DNA of 64,000 nt from Malacoraja senta (lineage: Eukaryota): positions 22,134,001 through 22,198,000 of the forward strand of contig CM075980.1 of the NCBI GenBank assembly GCA_038087875.1. Reading direction: 5' to 3'. This document shows, one piece after another, positions 53,120 to 64,000 of the stretch. Numbering within the stretch: position 1 is the stretch's first letter; each line of letters starts with the position of its first letter. The notes below the pieces were generated by a model. The model saw only the letters and a list, made by a program, of their open reading frames with translations, searched no databases and was not told the origin of the DNA. The position numbers were made by a program, and so were the translations under genes.

Positions 53120-53410
53120 AGAGTCAGTGTCTTACAGCATGGAAACAGCTCCTTTGGCCCAACTTCCCCACACCGGCCAACATGTCCCATCTACACTAGT
53201 CCCACCTGCCTGCGTTTGGCCCATATCCCTCTAAACCAGTCCTATCCACGAACCTGTCTAAATGTTTCTTAAACCTTGTGATGGTAAATGTCCCAACTAC
53301 CTCCACTGGCAGCTCGTTCCATACACCTGCCACCCTTTGTGTGAAAAAGTTACCCCTTGGATTCCTATTAAATTGTTCCCCCCTAAACCTAAACCTACGT
53401 CCTCTGACTC
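53120..53410 (-). mobile_element. CR1 LINE 3' fragment
   Basis: RGNFFTQRVAGVWNELP...FKKHLDRF...GLEGYGPNAGRWD. Confidence 0.8.
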
Positions 53411-53942
53411 TCAGTTTCATTGTGAACTGTAAATGTTCCCTTTAATAACTAGTGTCTGCAGAGAATGAGCATATTATTTTGATCTCGAAAGGAACTCAGT
53501 ACTATTTGATCTTTACTATATCTTCCACATAAATTCTCTAATTTAGGTTTATTATGGGCAAACTAATGTTTTACAATGTTACGTCCAATTGAAGTCAAAG
53601 ACAAAATTGTAAAAGGTATCAGTCTCACATATCAAACGGAAAAAATTACATTCACTCCAAACACTCTAGGCCCTTAATATCATGGTTAGGATGCTTTTGA
53701 ACACAATTTAATAAACCAAACTGAACAAACGTTTCAGTTTTTGCATTTTACCTGTATGTTTTTTTGAAAATAATATGCCAAAAGCTGTTGCATTTAAGGA
53801 AACATCTTTCCAACTTCACTTAATTGGCAAAATATTTAATCAATAAAAATACTTCTGATGCAATTATTATAAATGTTATTTTATACAAGATTCTGATTTT
53901 TAAAAACATTTTGAAATAAAAGATGGGAAAGCATGTACAAAC

Positions 53943-54884
53943 CTTGCTCCCTTCGGAAAACTTTAAAGCTTCAGTTATTTTCAACTGTGACTCAACCGCT
54001 GCAAGCTTCTCTTCAAGCCTTTTGAGTTCCTCTCTACCTTGCGCTTCAACATCTTGCAGCAATTCATAACCCATCACCTTTTGTTCTGCTGCTGCTACTT
54101 TAGCTGTAAGTTCCTCTACAGTTTGTGCCTGTTCGGTGCTCTTAGCCTGTAAAACTTGCAATTCCGTTGCCTTCTCTTTGGTCTCCTGTAGTTTTGTTAA
54201 AGTCTCTTCCATTTCTACCAGGTGTTGATTTGTAGCATATTCCAGTTGCAACTTCAGAGTATCTATATATTTCTCCTTTTCTGCAGTGACTTCTAATAGC
54301 TGAGATTTTAAACCTTCAGTTTTCTTTAGGTAGTTTGATTTTTCAAAATCTTGCTGTATTTTAATATTCTCAAGTTCCATTTGGTGGTCTGCTTTAAGCT
54401 TTTCAAAATTACTCTTCAGATCTAGAAGCTCTGTGGTTTGGGAATCTGCTCCTTTACTGAAAGAAAACTTGAGATCTTCCATGGCTTTCTGATGGGATTC
54501 TATTGAAGATTCTAGCTTGCTTTTCCATAGACTAACAATCTCTGAGTTTTCAATATTGGCTTGATCTAGTTTGGATTTGAGAGTCACATTCTCCTTGGAT
54601 ACCTTTTCACTGGCAGCTTGCAGCCGTTGAACTACCTTTTGGTGATCTTCCTCTGAGGTTTCAAGTTTTACTTTCAATGTTTTAAGTTCACATTGATGCT
54701 CTTCATTTATCGTTGCAAGCTTCTCTCGCAAACAGGAAATGTCTTCCAACAAAGGTGCACTCTCCACAGTACCAGAAACTTCTACGCTTGCGAGTCTTTG
54801 TCGAAGCTCTGAGACTTCTTTTGTACGTGACGTTAGATCCCTTTCTAACTCCATAATCCGAGACTTCTCAGACACAGTGGCCAC
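53943..54884 (-). CDS. CLIP1: CLIP1 large coiled-coil exon (942 nt)
   Basis: VATVSEKSRIMELE...LWKSKLE...SHQKAMEDLKFSFSKG...QHLVEMEETLTKLQE...EGSK, diagnostic CLIP-170 motifs. Acceptor cttcag, donor gtttgt, phase 0-0. Confidence 0.96.
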
Positions 54885-57049
54885 CTGAAGTGCAATACCC
54901 CCACCATGAAACACAAATTAAAGTAAAATACATTCTCTAATTCTATACAATTAATACTTTGACCTTTATAAACGCAGAAACAATTTTTAACAATTATTAT
55001 TGTTCAACAAATTATTACAATACGTTCATTTTCAAGAGTCTTGCCATCAAATCAAATGCTCAAATTGGCCAGTTGCACACTCAATTAGCTTTAACAGGTA
55101 CATCTTAGAGATTTCATGTAAATAAATCATTATTTGCTTTAATGTAAACAAATCATAAATCTGTAGCTGCATGGGAAAGGAATAAAGTGAAGCTCTGTGA
55201 ATTCAAAGCATGCAGCTTGATTAGGGGGCAAAAAGTCAAACTGAGCTCTAACCTTTGGTCACTGCAGTGAAAACAGACGGAAAATGTGGTTCGCCAATAC
55301 GAATGGATTGGATGCAATACCCAATAAAGTTTCTGGGCTTCACCTTGCAAGCACAAATGAATAATGGCAACTGGCCAAAGGTATCAGAGGACTGGCAACA
55401 GTCATGGAATTACATTAAGATAGGTTTCATAATTCCCAGGAAAGAAGAGCTGCAGTCATGACGCTCATTTCATGCTAATTTCATGACCATCAACACCCTC
55501 CGGTACTTTGGATATAATTGTTATACAGTATGGGCCGCATTGAAAATACACAAAGTAATCAAACAAAATCCATATAAATAAATGCAAAGGGATTGTTATC
55601 TAAATTATATGACAAAGGTTTTCTGTAAACATATTAAGCCAATAAAATCTGAATTCATAAAACCCAGTAAATAATGATAAACATGCAAAAATTGTGAAAG
55701 TTCCTACGAGTTTGGAAGGGGGTTAATTAAAAAGAATCACCTGAAGTTGCTGCTCTATACCTTTTGCAGTTTATCTGTGGTCATTCTGCATGGAAAGAAG
55801 CAGACTTGGCTGCGGTGGCTTACATGTAAACATCGGGAGGAGGTGGCAAATGGCAACGTGTAACATGGCAACGTGTAACTGCATCCTAATAGTCAGCAAA
55901 CATCTCCACTTCTGGTCTTATGATGGAAGGACGGTCAGTGATAATGCATTTGTAGATGGCGGGGTCTAAGATGCAGCCCTGAGGATTTCTTGCAGTTTGC
56001 TATGACTGACCTTTGACTGTGCTTTCAAATGCTCCAACCCTATTTTTCCTAACTTCGTATTGTTTTTCCTCAAACCTACTCTTCCTCCCTCTCAACTCAT
56101 TAAATGCATGGTAAGTGATACCATAATCATTTAATCATCAAACTCACTCAGAATCCAATGCTCACCCAGTTTCTAAAATCTTTGGATCAACATAATATTA
56201 ATTACTTTGAAAGTCAGCATAATATTAATTACTTTGAAAGTCAGCAGCTCTTATGTTTAACATAGATGGGAGAAATTTTATACATTTCAAGATTTATTAC
56301 TCTTCCACACCAGAAATTCAGTTTTAAATTACAATAATCTGTTGGAATCTACTTAATTTCTCCCATCATTTCATAATTTGGGCATCCTCGCCACACTTAT
56401 GCTTTTTCTGTCATTTGATGAGTTCTTTGTAGAACATCATAATCATATTGATATCACACTAACCATCTCAACAATGTTGCAAAACAGAAAGGATCAAATA
56501 CTGTAACTTTTGAAAGCGATCTCAATTTGAAGACCATGGTTTAAACCCGATATATGCATTCATTTAAAGAAAGAGGCAGAATCAGTCACATTGTGCATGG
56601 AAATATTTGTTATATCAAGTTATAAGCAGGAATTTATACCATGAACAAGATCCATGAAAACAAAGGTGCTCTGATTAAGTTAGGTGTTAATGTTTACATC
56701 ACTTTCAATAATTAATGTAGCTTCCAAATAAAATGTTATGGTTGATTTTTTACTGATTGTCAAATAATGGTAAAATATGTATGAAGCTGCTTTTGCAAAT
56801 GCTCATGTAATATTAGTATATTGTATGACTGTACACATTGAAGTTCTGCCCAAAATCAATTATGTGCCAATCTCAGAATTTTGAAATCAAATGTTTAACT
56901 AATTTTCTGAAATATTCTTTTTAAATGTTTTGTTGCAATGACAATGCCAAACATAAATTTGTTTATTGACTGCAGTATAAATTGTGCAGCCATTTCTGAG
57001 CCAGTCTTTTGCCAAGAGGTCTGAAAGCTTTAGTCAAAAAGATAAAATT

Positions 57050-57600
57050 TAAGAGCACATTCAAGGAGCAGTGAAGTAGATTCAAGGAGTAATTGCCACC
57101 AACGATGAGACAAAGGCAGTATTCGATGTACGAGAGGCTAAAATATAGAGCATGCAATTTCCACAGCATTGAACTGTTGGAGGCTGCAGCAAAAGAGTAG
57201 AATAAAATCATCATGTAGCTAGGGATGAGGATTTTATATTCATGGGATAATTTTAAGGGAAGAAAGTACAGGTCAACAACCACATAGGCAATAGGTAATT
57301 GAGACATGTCCGAAATATATTGTGTGATGAGCAATTGGGGCTTCTAGCTTAGAATATGTGCAGAAGAGTTTTAATGAGATTTTCATGGAGGCTGGAAAAA
57401 AGGAAGTCTATGAGCTTGGCAGTAATGGAGTATCTCAGGAGCAGATGGAGTTTTGTAGAAACAGAGGACAGTTTTTTGGAGGTGGAGATCCTGGAAATGA
57501 GAAGGATATGGAATCTGATCAATCTTGTTCAGCTTGGAACAAATGACCAAACAGGAATGGAACAGTGGGAAACCAGAGGAACAAACATCTTGTTTTTGAT
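57050..57600 (-). mobile_element. Highly decayed reverse-transcriptase fragment, possibly Penelope-like
   Basis: Frameshifted YxDD-like segment (TAC AT GAT GAT TTT ATT CTA CTC TTT, about 57192-57218) with motif-B-like sequence upstream. Weak. Confidence 0.3.
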
Positions 57601-57619
57601 TGTTTGTGCAAGGCCTGGA

Positions 57620-57970
57620 AGTAGGTCCCTTCACATGAAACCTTAACTGTTGTAACAAGATCACAATTCAATTACATAAATTCCCTTCTGATTTTTCCAG
57701 AGATAGCATTCATCTTCCAAATAAAAGAACATAAAAAAATAACCCATACAATTCCCTTTGGATTTAAAGTTAAACTTAATTAAAATATGCATTTCACATA
57801 TTTATATTCTCAATGTAACAAACCACAAAGGTGTCCACCTATCAGGGTTATTTTTTAATGTTCTTTTATTTGGAAGATGAATGCTATCTCTGGAAAAATC
57901 AGAAGGGAATTTATGTAATTGAATTGTGATCTTGTTACAACAGTTAAGGTTTCATGTGAAGGGACCTACT
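57620..57970. repeat. 126-bp near-perfect inverted repeat with 99-bp spacer
   Basis: 57620-57745 is the reverse complement of 57845-57970, with one mismatch seen. Confidence 0.95.
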
Positions 57971-58514
57971 ACCTTGTACATGCTCTGTTTTCAAATTGGA
58001 CTATCTGCGGATGGAACTTTATTTTGATGTCGCTTTTCTTTCCCACCTTATTTTGTCACCCAGTTTCACTGACATGCTGCACCACGCAGTGGTAGGATTT
58101 GGGGTTGCATCTATTGCCAATCTTAACTAGATCTTCAAGAAGTTGCAGAGTGGATGCTTCTTCCCGAGAAAGTGTTGGAAACATTGAAGAACGTTCACTG
58201 CGACGTCTCTCACAAAACTCCCATTTGTTGATTACTCACCATCAGTAGTTAGTGCTCAATTAAAGCAGGACATGGAGTAAACAATTCACATACCACATAT
58301 GGATAAACGTCTTCAAAAATTCCACAGTAAAATCTTAAACTAAAATACATATTAATGCTGTTTAAATTAAAACAAACCTATCCTTAGCCAAGTGGTAAAC
58401 CTTTTTTGCTGGAATTAACCAATATTACAACAATGTCCATGTTAGCAACTAATATCCTTGTTGGGCACATGCTGATAATTGAATGGAGTTCATTGAAACT
58501 GTGAAATCCATTAC

Positions 58515-58619
58515 CCTAGTGTCTTCTAACTCTCTCTGGAGTTTTTCAGCTTTGGTCTTTTCAAAGAGCAGGCTCTGTTCAAGCTCCTTAATGCGGGCAT
58601 GCTCCAGTTTGGTCTGCGT
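58515..58619 (-). CDS. CLIP1: CLIP1 105-nt alternatively spliced 35-aa (restin) exon
   Basis: [35 protein letters not shown]. Acceptor actaacag, donor AGG|gtaatg, phase 0-0. Confidence 0.95.
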
Positions 58620-60144
58620 CTGTTAGTAAAAAGGGAGAGGAAGAGAACACACCAGTGCCACCATCACATGCCAGTACGACAGGAGGGAGCCACATGCAGG
58701 CTTATCCACCAGCACCTTCTGCCTTTTATAACAGTTAGGAATGCAAAGGGTAAATTGGACATAGAAATAGTACGGGAGCAAACAGAAATGTTTAATAGAG
58801 AATGGTATCAAAGGTATGCACTGGCAAGGGTAAATAGGGAACAATTAAAAGAAGAACAGTTTAAAAAGGGCAGATTTAAAGATTCATGCAGTCAGTGTAC
58901 AGTTTAATATAAGCATTGTTCAAATCAGAACAGTTAATACTTAAATTTTAGTTTACTACTGTAAACCCCTTGTTGCTTCTGTATTTTGAAACATTAACGG
59001 TCTAATCAGAAACAGGATTTATGGCTAAAACGATCAAACATCCTGGGAATAAATCAAGTTCAAAACACAAAATCCTTCAGAGTAGTATTTTCCTTATCAT
59101 TTCCCGTACTGATACGTAGCTATAAATTATGTGATTGCAACCTCACTTACATTACAACCTAAAGTGAATTTCTCACTGCACATTCTGAAAAATGCACTTG
59201 GGTTTGGACTTGATCATCCATGCATGTAACTGAGAAAAATTAAACTTTCACAACTTGAGGTTGATAGAAAAAAAATTAGTTTATTTTAATTTAGTTTTTG
59301 GAAAGTTTGAAAAATATATATTTAAAACAAATTGCTCTGGGTTACACAAGGGGACTGCCTAAAAGATGCATTTAAACCCCCCCACCCCTCCCCAAAAATG
59401 AACAAACATTGAGCAGCTTGAACAGCAGATACCTCAGCCATTCTTTCTAATAAGAAAATTATACTTCAGCAAAAAAAATACAAGAATAAAGTTAGGCTAC
59501 TTTGCATATGAAATAACAAAATTATAATACTGAGGATAAGACTGAGTATTAAGATAGCTAAATTTATCAAAATCCCAAAACTAAGCTATTCGAATCTTTA
59601 AATGAATAGTACTACAAATAGTCCAAAATCATGATCTTTTTTCTTTTAATCAGTTCTGAGGCTAGCAATGTTTTCTGAGTTATTAAATCCATTGGTTTGC
59701 CATGTAATCTTGTGTATTATAAAATGAAATATTAGACACTTTTCTCCCCAGAATTTACATAATCTACTTTGTATTTCAAAATGATGGTTCAGATGAATTT
59801 GGCATAGTAATGAAATAAATTTATTTTTCAAGAGAATTACATCTCTTAAACATGTTGGCAGTACAAAAATGACACAAATTAATTCCAGGGACTTTAAATC
59901 ATTCAGAATGCTAATCTACCATTTAACCTTTCACACAAGTTTTTTTTGTCATGGCTTTTCAGGAATCATGCAATGATGCCTGATAATGCTGGATCTGAAC
60001 AGGAATTCAGAACACTAGAACAGAAACATAATAAGCACTGTTGTTGACCAATCGAACAATGCATATTATAGTCAGATATTATCATTTGCTTCAGGTGGGT
60101 TTTAAGAAGTATATAAAAGTGCCTAAGGGGCACTTCTTAGGGAA

Positions 60145-60430
60145 GGCAGAATGGCGCAGCTGTAGAGCCGCCAGAGACCTGGGATCAATTATGATTACGG
60201 GTGTAGTCTGTACAGTTTGTGACCGCGTGTGTTTTCTCAAGATGCTCCGGTTTCCTCCCACATTCCAAAAAACATGCAGGTTTGTAGGTTAATTGGCTTC
60301 TATAAATTACGCCTAGTGTGTAGAATGCGAATGTGGGATAACATAGAACTATTGTGAATGGTTGATCGAATGTTGGCATGGACTCGGTGGGTCAAAGGCC
60401 ATGTTTCCACGCTGTATTTCTAAACTAAAT
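60145..60430 (+). mobile_element. tRNA-derived SINE (HE1/V-SINE-like)
   Basis: Family head, gctccggtttcctcccaca core and ctaaactaaa tail. Confidence 0.8.
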
Positions 60431-61789
60431 CCAAAGGAAATCAGACTGAAATGATGAGGGTCTCAATCCATATAATTATATCAATCAAAAAAAATTCAAA
60501 ACCCAAGATTCTATAATAATTGAGATGCATTGTAACAATTTGATCTGGATTCTGACCAATTTCGAATGGCCTGCAAGAAAGAAAATGTCTTGCATTTGCT
60601 CAGAACCTTGAATATCAATGAGGATGTGTCAAAATACTTTACAACCTCAAAATATTATATCTAAGTTATTGTTAAATATACATTTGTGATGAGCAAATGC
60701 AGTGTTTTGAAGAGATCTTTTGGCATCTGATACATTAAGTCATTAGGATATCTACTGATGCATTATGCATGCAGCAGTTCCGATTAGACACCAGAATAGT
60801 TTATTTTTCTGCACACCTGCCCAGCTTCTAAAGCGTAGCAAGAGAATGGTGTGGCAGACTCGGCAAGAACAAAAAAATTGACGACTAAATCAGATATCAT
60901 AGGTGCAATGAGCCTATGATATGGGCACATGAGTCCTATAAAATGCATGGAGCTATTGTAAAGTTACATTCCGAATAATCAAATCAAAACCCAAGAGATG
61001 GATAAAAATTAAATTGCAGTGGGAAAATCCTATCAATGTATAATTTTTGCCTGAACCTACAAAACACAAATGCATACACTTACATTTTTAAAAAATCAGC
61101 TTTTCCTCACTATTAAAGCTCAGGTAGGCTATAATTTTTTAATCAATGCAACATGTACAGGCAAATAATAATGACAGCAAATCTAGTTACATGCCTATAA
61201 TTAAAAGGGGTTTACAGCAGATTTATTTATCAAATATATTGCATTTCATTCTGTGCAGCTGTGAAAGCAGCATGCATATAAGTAAGTCAATGCTGAGAAA
61301 ACAGTTACTGCAGTTAGTTCTGGTATTTGCTTTATAGAAGTATTTTGGGTTGCTCAAATTAGAAATTATTTCAACGTTGGATGTCTTCAACTGCCTTGCA
61401 CCATATTGCGTTACCTTTTAATCTAATTTTACTCAGAAAACTGTACATATGTTTCTTCGATCCTGGCATATAATAATGCCCACTAAGTGGAACTCTGGTG
61501 TTTAAACGAACAGTATTTATTAAAAAAAACTTATACCATTCAATCCATTTTGCTTTAATCTACACTTCAATTAATGCAGCAAACCAAAAGCTTTTTTTTG
61601 TTGATTATCTTCCTCTTTTCTGGAATAATTTTATTCTTTAAAGGAATATGTATCCAGAAACATATTCTGGTACCTAATTTGATTTCCATTATTATGTAGA
61701 AATCTGGACTCGGCTAGCAATTTGATAGTCTATCTATTTGTCTATTTATCTATTTATTTATTTGCACCAAATAATTTATTTATTTGCAC

Positions 61790-62470
61790 CAAAGAGCTTC
61801 AAATTCCTGGGCGTGCATAACTCTGATGATCTTTCCTGGTCCAAGAACACTGATGCAATTATTAAGAAAGCACATCAGCGCCTCTACTTCCTGAGAAGAT
61901 TACGGAGAGTCGGTTTGTCAAGGAGGACTCTCTCTAACTTCTACAGGTGCACAGTAGAGAGCATGCTGACCGGTTGCATCGTGGCTTGGTTCGGCAACTT
62001 GAGCGCCCTGGAGCGGAAAAGACTACAAAAAGTAGTAAACACTGCCCAGTCCATCATCGGCTCTGACCTCCCTTCCATCGAGGGGATCTATCGCATTCGC
62101 TGCCTCAAAAAGGCTGGCAGTATCATCAAGGACCCACACCATCCTGGCCACACACTCATCTCCCCACTACCTTCAGGTAGAAGGTACAGGGGCCTGAAGA
62201 CTGCAACGACCAGGTTCAGGATTAGCTACTTCCCCACAGTCATCAGGCTATTAAACTTGGCTGGACAAAACTCTGAACATTAATAGCCCATTATCTGTTT
62301 ATTTGCACTTCATCCGTTTATTTATTCATGTGTGTATATATTTATATAATGGTATATGGACACACTGATCTGTTCTGTAGTCATTGCCAACGATTTTCTG
62401 TCGTGCTGAAAGCAAAGCAAGAATTTCATTGTCCTATCAGGGACACATGACAATAAACTCTCTTGAATCT
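61790..62470 (+). mobile_element. 5'-truncated LINE (Rex1/Babar-like) with intact RT C-terminal frame
   Basis: SFKFLGVH...WSKNTDAIIKKAHQRLYFLRRLRR...FYRCTVES...LPSGRRYR...SYFP, then a 3' UTR ending caataaactctcttgaatct. Confidence 0.85.
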
Positions 62471-62699
62471 GGAACCATTTATTTGTCTATTTTAGGAAGT
62501 CAACTGCACCAAAATATGGATTGAGCATCCGCTAATTGCATTGTTCAAAAGATTTACTGGAGCTCAACTATAATTCTTCTATGATAAGTTATACTTGTAC
62601 TGTTTGTGAATTAAAACAATAACTTTTCTGGTTCAGGTATTTGTTGGATAAAACTAATGAGACATTGGGGAGATAAAGTGCGTGTTTTTGAATGACATA

Positions 62700-64000
62700 C
62701 ATGCCCCCCATAATGTTTGAGACAAAGACCCATCATTTATTTATTTGTACTCCACAATTTGAGATTTGTAATAGAAAAAAAATCACATGTAGTTAAAGTG
62801 CACATGTCAGATTTGATTAAAGGGTGTTTTTATACATTTTGGTTTCACCATGTCGAATTTACAGCTGTGTTTATACATCGTTCCCCCATTTCAGGGCATC
62901 ATAATGTTTGGGACACGTGGCTTCACAGGTGTTTGTAGTTGCTCGGGTGTGTTTAAAAGCCTCCTTAATGCAGGTATAAGAGAGCTCTCAGCACCTAGTC
63001 TTTCCTCCAGTCTTTCCATCACCTTTGGAAACTTTTATTGCTGTTTTTCAACGCGAGCGCCAAAGTTGTGCCAATGAAAGTCAAAGAAGCCATTATGACA
63101 CTGAGAAACAGGAATAAAACTGTTAGAGACATCAATCAAACTTGCTTACCAAAATCAACTGTTTGGAACATCATTAAGAAGAAAGAGAGCACTGGTGAGC
63201 TTACTAATCGCAAAGGGACTGGTAGGCCAAGCAAGACCTCCACAGCTGATGACAGAAGAATTCTCTCTATAATAAAGAAAAATCCCCAAACGCCTGTCCG
63301 ACAGATCAGAAACACTCTTCAGGAGTCAGGTGTGGATTTATCAATGACCACTGTCCGCAGAAGACTTTATGAACAGAAATGCAGAGGCTACACTGCAAGA
63401 TGCAAACCACTGGTTAGCCACAAAAATAGGATGGCCAGGTTACAGTTTGCCATGAAGTACTTAAAAGACCAACCACAGTTCTGGAAAAAGGTCTTGTGGA
63501 CAGATGAGGTAAAGATTAACTTATATCAGAGTGATGGTAAGAGCAAAAAAAAGGAGCAGCGAAGGAACTGCCCAAGATCCAAAGCATACCACCTCATCTG
63601 TGAAACACAGTGGTGGGGGTGTTATGGCCTGGGCATGTATGGCTGCTGAAGGTACTGGCTCACTTATTTTCATTGATGATACAACTGCTGATGGTCGTAG
63701 CATAATGAATTCTGAAGTGTATAGACACATCCTATCTGCTCAAGTTCAAACAAATGCCTCAAAACTCATTGGCCGGCGGTTCATTCTACAGCAAGACAAT
63801 GATCACAAATATACTGCTAATGCAACAAAGGAGTTTTTCAAAGATAAAAAATGGCCAAGCCAATCACCCAATCTGAACCCAATTGAGCATGCCTTCTATA
63901 TGCTGAAGAGAAAACTGAAGGGGACAATCCCCCTAAACAAGCATAAGCTAAAGATGGCTGCAATACAGGCGTGGCAGAGCATCACCAGAGAAGACACACA
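62700..64000 (+). mobile_element. Tc1 transposon, same family as 15559-17199, defective and cut by the window edge
   Basis: Left TIR, HTH/GRP region, WTDE, QQDND and SPNLNPIE, with frameshifts. Confidence 0.93.

Noticed and set aside
58620-64000. Known 11-aa CLIP-170 alternative exon and CAP-Gly exons
   Set aside because: No convincing 33-nt in-frame exon was found by eye; these exons probably lie beyond the window or are too diverged.

Overview
This is eukaryotic, intron-rich genomic DNA. The elasmobranch-type tRNA-derived SINEs, CR1 and Penelope fragments suggest a cartilaginous fish (inference). The whole window lies inside one minus-strand gene, CLIP1 (CLIP-170/restin), from the 35-aa restin exon (58515-58619) to the stop codon (19-21). 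The CAP-Gly exons lie beyond the right edge. I spliced 17 exons by hand using GT-AG sites; their phases are consistent and they total 2949 nt, or 982 aa plus stop, ending in two CCHC zinc knuckles and the ETF tail. Two further in-frame cassettes are present. One is a 2274-nt exon (42295-44568) built from four ~170-aa coiled-coil repeats arranged as a 340-aa unit x2. The other is a 21-nt microexon (20090-20110) missed by the ORF track. Weaker candidates exist for internal-start and alternative last exons that would drop the CAP-Gly or zinc-knuckle modules. The introns carry three copies of one Tc1 (DD34E) family, Penelope-derived fragments with minimal hammerhead-ribozyme motifs, TTAA-flanked non-autonomous DNA transposons, a Helitron-like element, SINE/LINE fragments and a near-perfect 126-bp inverted duplication. 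All homology calls are from memory of the families; no searches were run.
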